The position numbers and the translations under genes are program-made. A stretch of DNA of 21,785 bases from a bacterium (GTDB lineage Bacteria > SAR324 > NAC60-12), in the NCBI GenBank assembly GCA_965233585.1, contig CBDDTI010000282.1:1-21785 (forward strand), written 5' to 3'. How positions within the stretch are numbered: position 1 is the stretch's first letter; each line of letters opens with the position of its first letter. Below, in pieces: positions 1-10,780 of this stretch. The notes under the pieces are model-generated. The model was given only the letters and a program-made list of their open reading frames with translations. It did not search any database and had not been told where the DNA came from.

Positions 1-1516
1 TGTGTATAAGGCCTTTGGAAGTTTATTCGGAAAACACAAAGTACGTGTCCAAGTCGATTATCGTGCGCATTACTGGTCAAAGTAAGCGTATAATTTTGAG
101 CAACGAATTGGGCGTGAATTTGTTTTGGAACCTCGAGGTTGCAGGTCAAAACACCACACTGAAGGGGGAATGCTTGGAATCAATAATATTCCATGTCGAG
201 AAGGCCTTCTTTTTATAGTCTAGTTTCCCTAAATAGCTTCCTGCCTCGTTGATACGCAGTCATGCCCATGACACATTACTTCACATTCTGAAATTAGAAC
301 AACGTTTTATACCATGAGAGCCTAATGTATCACTCAACAAAAGAAAAGAAATAAACTGATCGAATTTCTCTGAATTTAGTCTGAGAGTTTTTCTCGAGGA
401 CGAAGAAGTTAAACTGCGTTTCAAATTTATCCAGCGTCATGAGTGTGCACCTCGCCTAAGAAACTATATGAAGTGTGAGTGAAATATAAACCACTGAAAT
501 GCGCAGTGACAGTTGTACATTTCTGTTGTTTATGGACATTAACGTCTGCAAGGAGTTGAAATTAATTATTTGACATAAAGGGCCATAGATTTCAGTAAGG
601 ATCAGTAGGGCCCCGCCGAATTAATTCCGTGGGTATTATAATGAGTCACAACACGCAAATCTGTTTTATGATTGGTCAACAGATATTACCTTAGTACCGA
701 TTAAAACCGATGGAGGAAAAAAAAAAACAAGTCTGAAAAATTAATGCGCTTTATCCAGAAGCATTACCTAAAGCAATTCTTTTTTATATTTGAAATACTG
801 AAAATGCTCATAACTAACCATTTGATCTCCATAACAAGTTCTCAGTTTATTCATAGTTATTGACCCTTTGCATCCACCTATTGCGTTATTGTTGATGAAT
901 ATATATTTTATTCTGGCTGCAATATAATAATAAGTTCGCTAATGGTTGATTATTCAATGTTCACATGAACATCGCATCCGTTAAATATACGAACACATTC
1001 TTGAATAGTGTTTTCATCTCGGTTATACTGTATACATGGAATCTTGACTGGAAAGAAATGTTATAGGAACGCGAGGTCCAGGCGAGTGTTTTCACAGCTT
1101 TTCCGAGTAGTTGTTTCTTAACTTGTTTCTAAGAACTAGATGGGCTTAAACGCCGAGAAAAAAATTTTGCTTTCTTTTACGAATGCACTAAGGAGAGGAA
1201 TAACACACAAACGGCACGACTCTCTTTGTTCGTGCCATCGTTGCGTTATCAGTTAGTGTTGGGTCTGTGTTTCAGTGGAGGACGGCTATTTGGCGCGTTC
1301 TTTTGTACCGGTTGTTTTTTTTCTATAATACAATTTAGTTTGCTTTTAAATCGCCAGGTGATTACGGGTGACGGTGAGAGCATAATGATAATTATACGAC
1401 TGATTAATTGCTAAAAGCTCTTTCCCCCGTGCGTTTGCGCAACGAAACAGCGACAGCAATTAAAATGTCAAGTATATTTGATCCAGGACTGTATTGGCGC
1501 AACTTGTTAGTACAAA

Positions 1517-2035
1517 AGAATTTTTTCGCAACCTCCACTAATTTCATTCAAACGCGACAAAAACATAGGTAATTTTTTAGTCAGAAGTGCATTCCAAACG
1601 AGTAATCAGCCCGGAACCTTTAAATGCGCACGCGCACGATGCAAAACATGTCCTTTCATTTGCAGCGTTGAGAAATTGTCGGGACCAAAGCGATCCATTA
1701 AGATCGCTGATCATTTTACTTGTACCTCAACCAATGTCATCTACTGTATAACTTGCACTCTTTGCAAAAAGTTATACATCGGCGAAACAGGGAGACGACT
1801 AGGCGACAGATTCCGAGAACACCTTCGCGACGTAGAGAAAGACGACAAAAACGCATCTAAACCGGTCGCCAGACACTTTAATCTGCCCAACCAGTCTAAA
1901 CAACATATGGTAGTCTGCGGCCTCTCCCTACATCAAGGAAGCACTGAAAGCCGTAAAACTCTAGAACAAAAATTTATTTTTCAAATCGGCACTCTTAATC
2001 CTCACGGTATCAATGAACGCTTTTCATTCAACTAA
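1517..2035 (+). pseudogene. Penelope ORF C-terminal fragment: Cys-rich linker plus GIY-YIG endonuclease
   Basis: Reads RIFSQPPLISFKRDKNIGNFLVRS...KCARARCKTCPFI...NVIYCITCTLCKKLYIGETGRRLGDRFREH...PVARHF...LEQKFIFQIGTLNPHGINERFSFN*. The VIY-YIG, R, H, E and GxN motifs of PLE endonucleases are present. The frame extends upstream of the ORF-track start at 1676 and has no true start codon. Confidence 0.9.
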
Positions 2036-2070
2036 TTTATTCTGTTGTTTTTCACGTTACCAGGTACCAG

Positions 2071-2103
2071 CCAATAGCGTAGCTCCTCCTTCTGTATATA
2101 AAG
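2071..2103 (+). promoter_or_regulatory. CCAAT box and TATA box of the Penelope pseudo-LTR
   Basis: CCAAT at 2071-2075 and TATATAAAG at 2095-2103, lying between the ORF stop and the hammerhead motif. Confidence 0.5.
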
Positions 2104-2125
2104 CACACACAACCCACAATTCCTC

Positions 2126-2173
2126 GATTCGCTCCAACGAAGGGCTAACGCTCGAAACGTCAGCTTTCGAATC
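2126..2173 (+). ncRNA. Minimal type I hammerhead ribozyme-like motif with a mutated core
   Basis: Stem I is GATTCG-CT / AG-CTTT-CGAATC. The core is CCAACGA (2134-2140) instead of CTGANGA. Stem II is GGGC-TAAC-GCTC, followed by GAAAC (2154-2158), a palindromic ACGT stem III and a GUC cleavage triplet (2159-2161). Confidence 0.75.
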
Positions 2174-2234
2174 TCTTTACGGTGGCTAATTTACATTGTC
2201 AACTCAGTTGATAAAACCAAATTATCTTGTAATA

Positions 2235-2277
<43 letters not shown>

Positions 2278-3382
2278 TCAATAAACAAAGGCCGGCTTGT
2301 CTCTCATTTTTTATGCTCCTTCAATATTGCTTTAACAATTAACTTGAATAATTATTCAGTATTGGGATCCTTCTGTTGATGACCCCATCCCCGAGATACT
2401 CACTTAGATCGCCGGATTAATTAGGGTTTGCTAAAAGGTTAGTTTGAAGCTATTTTGGAGGGCCAACGGACCAGCACGATTTTAAGGCACATTTGTAAAA
2501 TATTAAAGGGTGCCAATTCTGACAGGAAACTGTTAGCACCTAATCAACACATTGTTTGTACACATCTCAGAAAGTAAACCCATATTTATTAGCCAGTCGT
2601 CAACTGCATAATTATTTGAAGGTTCAGGGCAAATGAACAGCCACGCTCAGATAATAAAAGCACAACTTTCCTTGTGGAATTATCCTTCACTTTACGAAGT
2701 AGGTTTGAATACAGACGCTGTATTTAAGTTCCGTCGTTTGTGTCCTAAAACAGAGCCCTCAGGCGCACACATAATGCTTTTGTCATATCCTACTGGCGTG
2801 ATTATTAAAATAGCTTACTGATTCAGTGTCAATTCCACCGACAAGGTTTCCAAGTTTGAGAGTCCGTAACATGAAGTTATTTAACGCAAATTGTATCCCC
2901 AATAGAAGGACTGAGTCAGCTGTTTTTGCAATATGGTCACAATAGTATCTCAAGAAGTGAAAAGGAATGTTGTGAATTAATAATTAAATTATTTTAATTC
3001 GCGTGACACAAATACTTCGGTCACACACGTACATGATTTGTTGCAGACAACTCGCTTGATTTACATATTACATCATCGTTTGTCAACCGATGGCATTCAT
3101 CCGCCGAGCGCGACTGATCTCCGTTCGCAGACGTACAGAACGAGAAAGTGTCAAGTCACAATGATACCACAATTTTGTTCCGGATAGAGGTTCATTCAAA
3201 GATATTCGATAACTTACTTCCATTCCTTGCCACACAGTTAAGCACCCAGGCCGGCCAGGTATTGTCTTCGATTGAAACACCGTGTCTTAATTAATTTTAT
3301 ATTTGACATCTTTACGTACCAGTTCCACTGTGCTGTGCTTGCTCTCGCTATGTTGTAAGTTGTATAATTCTTCGTTTTGCAG

Positions 3383-3514
3383 TGATGAATTCATTCAAGC
3401 TATGATCTTCTTCGAAGGACAAACTGGTGGACTTGCATTTGTGTTGCGAGTAAACTAACAACAGTTGGTGAACCGTTTCTTCGTTAATTCAGCGGCAGAT
3501 GATAATAACATTGG
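3383..3514 (+). other. Candidate non-coding (5'UTR) exon, possibly of the ABCC gene
   Basis: Acceptor TTCTTCGTTTTGCAG ends at 3382 and donor TTGG|GTAAGT starts at 3515. All three frames contain stops. The link to the ABCC gene is inferred only. Confidence 0.35.
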
Positions 3515-4188
3515 GTAAGTCATACTGAATTTTTTTCTTACCCATTTGTTTCTGTGACACATCTCGACTTGAAAAGTGCCTTTATTAGTGCCTATCGAGT
3601 ACATCGTTATTACTAGTGCCCATTGAGTACATGTACATCGTTATTGTGCTTTATAATTATATTGAAGTCTTATACTGTGCGCATGTGACACTTCCGAGTG
3701 ATATAGCGTATTTATCAATCTCGTGGTGCGTAAATGGCCGGCAGCCGCTCAAGGTTTTAAACAGACTAAGTGACCCGCAGTCGAATTTTGTTGTTGTTGT
3801 AGTTTAGGCTGCCGGTCATATAGCGAGAGCAAAAAATATATGTCTGGTAAGTCGTCTCATCACTGTTGTGAATTTACTTAATACCGGCAATATGCCAATG
3901 TCATACTGTTCGTTATCTGGAGATGTTATACCTAATACGGGCTGCTAGTTGTTGTGAGGTCCAAGGTGAAGCCTGAATGGCTTGGCATGGATGCTTTCTT
4001 GGAAGATAAAAACACACAAAGAGTCTAGAGAATCACGATAAGCTACGAAAAGGTATTACATTAAATCGTGTCTCGTGTTGTCGCGGCCATGTTGAATTTT
4101 AAATACGCGGTCAACTAGTGGGAGGTCTGGAAACGAGACTCTTGGAAACGGCTCAGAGAGCGGGAAAACGAATTCCCACGAAGACTCT

Positions 4189-4984
4189 GGGCGTTTTCCA
4201 TTTACAAAAAATTTCGGAAAATTTCTAGTGGGAATTCCGGGAATTTCCGTTTAGGAAGAGAGCGTTCCATTTGTCACAAGTCCCATTCGTTTACAAGCCC
4301 CTCTCCGTCGCTTCACCAAAAAACCAGATGCCTTGGTAAACTGTTCTGCTATTTTCTCGAACGCGTCTTTGTTCGTCGCTTTCCCGTCAAACAAATGGTT
4401 ATTATCGGCATGTATGGTTATGAGAAGTCTGGCATCTGCATGTTCCCGTCGTTCTAGGTTTATAGTGGTAGAAACTTCACCTGTGAACGAAAGAACTTTT
4501 CAGAGTTGTTCATGCAACATTTTAGTTTTTACACGGGAAACATGCACGGGCAAAGAAAGCTTCGAACAAGCAAGAATTTCTACCTACCACTTTTTTATAT
4601 AAGGCACATTCGAGCTGCAATAAATTTCCATGATCTGGCGCTAGAACGTGGCAGGCAGAGCACTCATAGTAGCCCTGAAGTTTGTTTGCAAAAAGCTTAC
4701 AGAAACCTGACCCGGATCAGCCGCCATTTTTTGGAAACACGAGGGAACCCAGGGAAGCCTGGCCGCTGAAAAGACCGCGAAAGGCATGGAACTGGTGATA
4801 AAGACGAGAAATTCTGTAAATGGAACACAAATTTCCATTGGGACGTTCCAACCGGGAAAACGGGACTACCTTTTGAGCAGTTCCACTTTTTCTGGGAATT
4901 TTCCAGTCGGGCGAACCGAAAAAACGTTTTCCATTTAGCCCCGAACCGGAATTTTCGGAATTTTTGATCAAATGGAAAGCGCCC
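4189..4984 (-). mobile_element. PIF/Harbinger-like non-autonomous DNA transposon with a Myb/SANT ORF remnant
   Basis: TIRs GGGCGTTTTCCATTT (4189-4203) and AAATGGAAAGCGCCC (4970-4984), with a 3-bp TSD TCT (4186-4188 and 4985-4987). The minus strand at ~4480-4310 reads ERREHADARLLITIHADNNHLFDGKATNKDAFEKIAEQFTKASGFLV, which is Myb/SANT (trihelix)-like. Confidence 0.8.
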
Positions 4985-5058
4985 TCTGTAACCGGTGACC
5001 CCCTTCCTCTTCCACTAAAATTCTAAGTCTTACAACTTTACGAAACCATGCATGGTCT

Positions 5059-5108
5059 GGGCGTTGAACCCGGACCGACGGGGCCTACTAACCACTGTAT
5101 CACCGTGC
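5059..5108 (-). repeat. Degenerate tRNA-derived (SINE head-like) remnant
   Basis: The minus strand reads GCACGGTGATACAGTGGTTAG...CCGGGTTCAACGCCC, containing A-box-like and B-box-like motifs with shortened spacing. Confidence 0.3.
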
Positions 5109-5198
5109 AGCTGGCTACCACACCTCCCGAAATTTTTGCTACATATAATGAACAGTACTATGAATTAACATAGGGTTACCCTAACATTCAAATAAAAG

Positions 5199-5316
5199 CT
5201 AACCGCTAACAAAATGCTGTGGAGCTAACCGCAAGCAAAATTCAGTGAAACTAACCGCAAGCAAAATGGAGGAAAACTAACCGTAAGCAAACCTAACCGT
5301 GTTAACCGCAAACAAA
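5199..5316 (+). repeat. 26-bp-period array of CTAACCGCAAGCAAAA with variable spacers
   Basis: Motif copies start at 5199, 5225, 5251 and 5277, with degenerate copies at 5293 and 5302. The spacers TGCTGTGGAG, TTCAGTGAAA and TGGAGGAAAA differ from each other. Confidence 0.8.
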
Positions 5317-5413
5317 CCGAAGAAATAACTACGTAACAGTGCTAACTGCTCTTGTTCAGTACAGTTCACAACATGAAGTTTAATAATAATGTGGGGTGAC
5401 CGCTGACACAATG

Positions 5414-5444
<31 letters not shown>

Positions 5445-6491
5445 CCCGTTTGAATATTACTTTCCCGTTTGAAAAATGGCGGGATTTTCGTCGATCGTCT
5501 AATCAAAAATGGTTACGAACTTTGTATGCTTTCTAAATACTCCCCGGTAAACAGCAACATGTTAACCTCACTAATGGAAAGCTGGTAAATTGTTTTCATG
5601 GGAAATCCATTTTTTTCGGACAAAATTAACCTCAAGACGGTTTTCGAACCCTTTATTTTTCCCGCGGTACACAAGACATTTCGGTGCGAAGAGATATTTT
5701 ATCCACAAACACTCTTTACATATTGCATATTTATAAGCAACCCACTTAAGATATAAGCTAGCGAGGCTCTCGGCAGGCAGGGCGAGATCTGTTTTCTTAA
5801 CAGTGAAACAGCGAAAAAAATTCATGCTCGTCCAAGCATAAATAAATCAACCGATCAACATCCTCGCGTACCTCATTACATTCCACCGCTTTTTCCAACC
5901 ATTGCAGGACCATTACAAACCGTCTTGCAAACCATTACAGCTTTCATTATAACCAGAGCCCGCAAGTAGGAGTACTGGGGTTGCGCTGCAGAAAGCTGCG
6001 CAGTACGGTTTACCGCTCTGAAGCTCAATGCCGTAATATTGTTATTAGTTTTCGAGAGTTTTGCAAAATTCCCGGCTGTTCAATAATAGGGTTTAACACT
6101 GACACTTTTTTAAGTCAATCTGTGAGTTGAAAAGACATCGAGTGCTGACGGTTACGTTGTGAATCAGGTAACCTTTTTGAGCGACAACGTGGGGACACTT
6201 CTGTGACACTCTTGTGAGTCACTTTTGCCGGAATGCACACTCGGCTTAACACTTACTCTGGTTTGCGCTTCATGTTGCGCTTGGCAATTGTTTACAAAAT
6301 TGAACAGCCTTTGTTTTATTCACTGCATACGGCATTACCATGTGATGAACGCTAATTATGCCTTGCTATAAACTGGGAAGTTATTTATCCAGTGGATAGC
6401 GTTATTTACCCTTTCAAAAAAGTTCCTATTTATAAATATTTTTGGTTATCACTTTCAACTACTCATGAAGACTATATTTCAGTTTAGAAAA

Positions 6492-6587
6492 ATGGCTGGA
6501 AAAAAGTCCCCTGCGACCGAGGAAGACAATTTCTGTGTTGGCTGGGCATCATTTCCAGCTGATTCCGATCAACAAGAATGCAAGAGG
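6492..6587 (+). CDS. ABCC1: ABCC (MRP1-like) transporter, probable first coding exon (exon 6483-6587)
   Basis: Acceptor TATTTCAG ends at 6482, the start context is AAAATGG at 6492, and the frame is open: MAGKKSPATEEDNFCVGWASFPADSDQQECKR. Donor AGG|GTAAGA is phase 0, matching the phase-0 start of exon 7202. This exon is supported by splice logic, not homology. Confidence 0.6.
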
Positions 6588-7201
6588 GTAAGAATGATAC
6601 GTCAAATACGAACTCCCTACATGAGTGTAGTGTAGTGTCAAGCACGAAAATGACGTCGAGACATCGTGACTGAAGAAAGTTACTGCACTGTCTTTTGACC
6701 TAACAAGATTTATTGCTTTATGGCACCGCCAAAAGACCCAAAATATTCTCAAATAGACCTTCTGAAAATCACCTTTGATGAGGATGGCTCCATCCTTGGA
6801 ATTCATTTCGTCGAATATTCGTGCCAAAATGCGTCAGATCTCTCCAGTTTCGATGAGCATTTCTGACAAAGTTTCGCGAGAACAAAGAACAAAATTCGAC
6901 GAAATTTGCATTACTTTTGCGCAGTACATATATACATTTTTCAATCCGTCTCAAACCAAAAATGTTGAATATTCTTCACTGAAAAGATTCAATCGTCAAA
7001 CTACTACGAGTAAAACAAAATCCAGAGAAAGAATTAAGAGTAAAGTAGTAGTTAGTTAAAGTCCCTGGTGTGTTTGGGCCTACTTTTCACTAATTTGTGG
7101 CACCCGAAAGATCGCAAACAATCATTTCCTTAATTTAAAGAACGCATTTAAAAGAACTCTAATCCTACGTGTACTCACAATCCAATCTTCTGTTTCCCAA
7201 G

Positions 7202-7263
7202 GAACCGTGCCCAGAAGATACAGCAAACTGTTTGTCAAGAATCACATTCTGGTGGCTTAACTG
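7202..7263 (+). CDS. ABCC1: ABCC (MRP1-like) exon, lasso/L0 region
   Basis: 62 bp with AG/GT boundaries. [20 protein letters not shown] matches MRP1 [20 protein letters not shown]. Phase 0 to 2. Confidence 0.93.
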
Positions 7264-7694
7264 GTAACTACTGTTAATTGAGATCTGTTCCAGAGATGGA
7301 TTGGGTCTATTCGTTAATTCCCAGCCTTTTCAACTTTATTATATCTCTTGTACTAGCTTAACAAAATATTTCATAAAGGGCAAAAACTCGGACAAAAGTA
7401 ACTGAACAATATGTTTTAAGGGGAGGTCTTTTTTTTGTGTCACTAATATTTCAGTTTTATTAATATTATCGAAAGGTTATAGGTTCTCGTTAGGAATAAG
7501 TTCTAGGCTTAGAGGAAGCGTCAATTTAATCACTGAATGCAAACTACTTTAAGACAACATGAAATCACGTGAAGACATCAACAAACGTAGGTTTCAATAT
7601 GTTTGTCATTGGCCACTTCCCTTTTCGGACTCTTATCTCTCATCGCCAGTTCCAAAACAGAGCCATACTACGCATATTAATGAGACTAGGTACT

Positions 7695-7866
7695 ATACAA
7701 AGTTCTCATTTAAACGACCGATACGTGACCGAGGCCGCTTATGGGGGTGGGCTGTTAATAATGGTTATATTCACAGTATTTTGCTGACAGCAATTTCGGG
7801 ACTGATCACTGGCCTCTTAACAGGGTGTGGCCGCGTAACAGGGCACGCTAAGTAGAGGTTCGACTG
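7695..7866. repeat. Degenerate Tc1/pogo-like MITE fragment
   Basis: Right end GAGGTTCGACTGT with repeated GGCCGCTTA/GGCCTCTTAA/GGCCGCGTAA subterminal motifs. The left end is degenerate. Confidence 0.35.
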
Positions 7867-8191
7867 TGGTGACTTGATATGATTTGATTACATTACGAGT
7901 TTCAGGTCTGGGCCATTCCCCTAATGTATTTTCTGATTTCCAAAACTGTTGTGCACTGTACTCGTCATTGGTTAGAAGTAGCTTGCTGACATATTCAAAT
8001 CGAACAAAAAAAAAACTAGTGGTCTTTACTCGTTGCTATTTGGAACGCAGTTTCACTGAATTTGAAAGGCGAGGGCGTGTTGGGACAAGTAATGTTTGGC
8101 ATCATCTTTTGTAGAGATAATAAGAATTTCATTCATCACGTATCTTCACGCGTCATCACAATGTTCAGTCTGTTACTATTCCATTTGTCAG

Positions 8192-8323
8192 GATAATATC
8201 TACTGGTCACAAGAGGCCCCTCGAGGACAAGGATCTATGGGCACTAAATAAGAACAGCAGAGCTTCATACATCGTGCCCAAAGTGAAGTCCATCTGGAAT
8301 CACGAACAAATAAAATGTAACAG
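8192..8323 (+). CDS. ABCC1: ABCC (MRP1-like) exon, lasso/L0 region
   Basis: 132 bp, TTTGTCAG|...AACAG|GTACAT. (W)IISTGHKRPLEDKDLWALNKNSRASYIVPKVKSIWNHEQIKCN(R) matches MRP1 GYRQPLEGSDLWSLN. Phase 2 to 2. Confidence 0.95.
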
Positions 8324-8431
8324 GTACATAGCAAACATTGTTATATGGCACAGTGGTCTTAAGGTGGATTGAGTGTTCTGATCGGCGTTTTCTTTCTTCC
8401 AAAATAAAGAAAGGTCAGGTTGGACTGGTGC

Positions 8432-8906
8432 TATCCGGATATTTTTGAATCCGCAACTTTTTCTTTCCGGAAACGGCTACAGTCCACACGCATCCGGTAA
8501 ATTCGAGAGCGAATCCGGATATTTTTAAATCCGCTCTCCAGAGTGGAAAGAAATAAATCCGCAACGAAGCGGATAAGGTGTGGACAGTTGAATCCGGGTA
8601 TTTTGAAATCCGATGACGTAGCAAATTCGTGTCCAGTCTCTTCCCGAACAATAAACCAATATGACGACACAACAACAATAACGGGGCAAATTTGCCGCAA
8701 CCATCGCGCGCTGTATGGCGCGTGCTCTGAACACATTTTATTGCAGAGGAGCCTTGGGTATTACAGTGAATCCAGATACCATCGGATGCGTGTGGACAAG
8801 CTAATTCGATTTGAATACGCTACGCGCACGTGTGGACGAGGAAACTTTTGATTCCGGAAAGAAAAAGTTGCGATTCGAAAATATCCGGATACGTGTGGAC
8901 TGGGCC
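8432..8906. mobile_element. PIF/Harbinger-like MITE, left tip truncated
   Basis: Inverted arms TATCCGGATATTTTTGAATCCGCAACTTTTTCTTTCCGGA and TCCGGAAAGAAAAAGTTGCGATTCGAAAATATCCGGATA. The right end is CGTGTGGACTGGGCC followed by TTA. Internal ATCCG and GTGTGGAC motifs recur. Confidence 0.75.
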
Positions 8907-9018
8907 TTAGTTTTGGATGCCCTACTGTGCAACTTACTTGCGGCTAATTTTGTACCATGTGACCAGGCAGTGCAAGGGGTCTATCAAGTTAAAACTCAAC
9001 TGTTGTTCACATTCGCAG

Positions 9019-9231
9019 GAAAAAGGAATTTCTAGTCGATGATCTCAACCCGCCTGAACCGAGTGAAACTGATTGTTTACTTGGCGAGAAACAAAAGAAG
9101 AAAAAGCGAGATGGAAGGAAACCTTCTCTTTTGAAAGTTCTGGTCAAGATGTTTGGCTTGAAATTTCTCTTAGCTGCCATATGCAAACTCTTTCACGACT
9201 GCTTTGTATTTGTGCAGCCTCAGTTATTAAG
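9019..9231 (+). CDS. ABCC1: ABCC (MRP1-like) exon, end of L0 and first TMD1 helix
   Basis: 213 bp, ATTCGCAG|...TTAAG|GTGGGT. KKEFLVDDLNPPEPSETDCLLGEKQKKKKRDGRKPSLLKVLVKMFGLKFLLAAICKLFHDCFVFVQPQLL matches MRP1 PSLFKVLYKTFG...HDLMMFSGPQIL. Phase 2 to 2. Confidence 0.95.
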
Positions 9232-9384
9232 GTGGGTATATGTAACAGACGGCTTTGTAACAAAATAACGCAATTTTGGATCAAGGATTTACACTGCAAT
9301 TCTCTAAAGTACTAACTTATATACAGCAAAATTCATTAGGCGGGGAGACCATTACAGCGTAGCTAATTGCAGTGGATCCCAGCG

Positions 9385-9967
9385 TACGCCGCGCTGTTTT
9401 CAACGAAACCCCCGCAAACTATATATCAAAAGAAAGGTTATAAAATGTAGAATTCGATAAAATTATGTTTTGTTTTGGATTTTGTTCTCCAAAGGCGACA
9501 GAGACTGTCAACTCCAAAATGAACGACTGACGTTCCAGCGAATTAATCGGGTATCAAAAGCAAATGAGGATCAATCTCCAAAAACTTGTCAGCACTTTCT
9601 TTTATTTCTACTGGTTATCTTTTTACATATCTGTCGAGTTCGATTATCGATCGAAAAAATCGCGTAACCTGTTGCATTAAAGGCCGCCACGAGGAAAGTA
9701 TTTAAAATGAAGGAATTCGCCTACACGTTTTTGTTCTATATCTATCAGTGAATGTTCTGACCAAATTTCATGGAAAACCGTCAAATCTGCATACCCTATT
9801 AATTCGCTAGAACGTTAGCCGGCCATATTGGAGTGGACGGCTTCTGACGGCTTCTGCCGCTTTTTCAAAGAAAGTCAAAACAGAAGATAATTTTATCAAA
9901 TTCTACATTTTATAACCTTTCTACTGATATATCGTTTGTTGGGGTTTGATTAAAAACAGCGCGCGTA
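9385..9967. mobile_element. Non-autonomous DNA transposon with ~80-bp imperfect terminal inverted repeats
   Basis: TACGCCGCGCTGTTTT...ATATATCAAAAGAAAGGTTATAAAATGTAGAATTCGATAAAATTAT is inverted at ATAATTTTATCAAATTCTACATTTTATAACCTTTCTACTGATATAT...AAAAACAGCGCGCGTA. The superfamily is not determined. Confidence 0.75.
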
Positions 9968-10161
9968 GGAAGATTTTTGATTTTTTTTTTTTCTCGAAGA
10001 CACTCGCGAAGGTTTGGAGTAATCTTGAACTACTCATATACTGATAAACAAGAAGAATAAAAAAGAAACAAAAAAGTTCAATAGCTAAAAACAAACGACG
10101 ACTGGCACAGAGGAGACCTCGCTATGTTGCACCAGCTGGGACATATCAAGTTGTTTTCCAG

Positions 10162-10400
10162 GGCCGGGTTGTTCGAAAGCCGGTTAACGTTAACCCAGGG
10201 TTAAATGTGAACTGAAGCATTATGTTTTCTTGTTTAGAAATGTTTTTCACCTCTGATGTTTGCTGTAGTTTGAGACTACTACAGTTCAAAACTGAAGGGC
10301 AAACAATATCAACAGAACACTTCACCAAAAGAGAATAAGACTGAAATCAAAATTTTCGCTTACCCTGGGTTAGCTTAATCGGGCTTTGAACAACCCGGCT
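10162..10400. mobile_element. PIF/Harbinger-like MITE with CAG TSD
   Basis: TIRs GGCCGGGTTGTTC and GAACAACCCGGCT, with CAG at 10159-10161 and 10401-10403. Subterminal AACCCAGGGT / ACCCTGGGTT are inverted. Confidence 0.85.
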
Positions 10401-10780
10401 CAGGTTCTTATGTCGTCAACGTAGTACATTTCTAGAGCTCTGTTATAATACTGAAATGGTAAACGTTCAAATGAGGCTAGAGAGATGCGACGTCCGCGAA
10501 AAATCGTCAGTGATATATCCTTTCAATTCTTTAAGTTTTCACACAATTGGGTTATTCATTTATATGAGAAAGAAAATTGTGTTCGCGCACACATCGATAT
10601 GTTCTGTAGTGCAAATTAAGAATTAACGATATCCTAGCCGGCTCTCAGCCAGTCGCAATGGAGTAATGTTCAGTATTCAAATTGAATTTAAATTTATTAA
10701 TGTACTGTAATTAAAATGTAACTAATGGAAACAAGGAAACACCCTTTTTCTCCCGATCAATCATATTCAATTTTAGACAG

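Noticed and set aside
1003..1520. Possible decayed fourth palindrome-headed element upstream of the Penelope copy
   Set aside because: It resembles such repeats, but the palindrome is too degraded to demonstrate from this window alone.
3383..3514. Coding TMD0 exon of the ABCC gene (DEFIQAMIFF...)
   Set aside because: All frames contain stops and there is no convincing match to MRP1 TMD0.
3586..3645. Short tandem duplication TAGTGCC...GAGTACATCGTTATT
   Set aside because: A two-copy local slippage duplication with no further structure.
5199..5316. CRISPR-like repeat-spacer appearance
   Set aside because: Repeats of 16 bp and spacers of 10 bp are far too short, there are no cas genes, and the context is a eukaryotic spliced gene.
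6804..6925. Inverted pair ATTTCGTCGAAT / ATTCGACGAAAT and a TIR-like end
   Set aside because: Probably a MITE fragment, but no matching left terminus or TSD was found, so the boundaries are unsupported.
8415..9035. Cluster of overlapping ORFs on both strands
   Set aside because: They coincide with a self-complementary MITE and show no recognisable domain.
9073..9315. 80-aa ORF
   Set aside because: It is an alternative frame overlapping the true ABCC exon 9019-9231.
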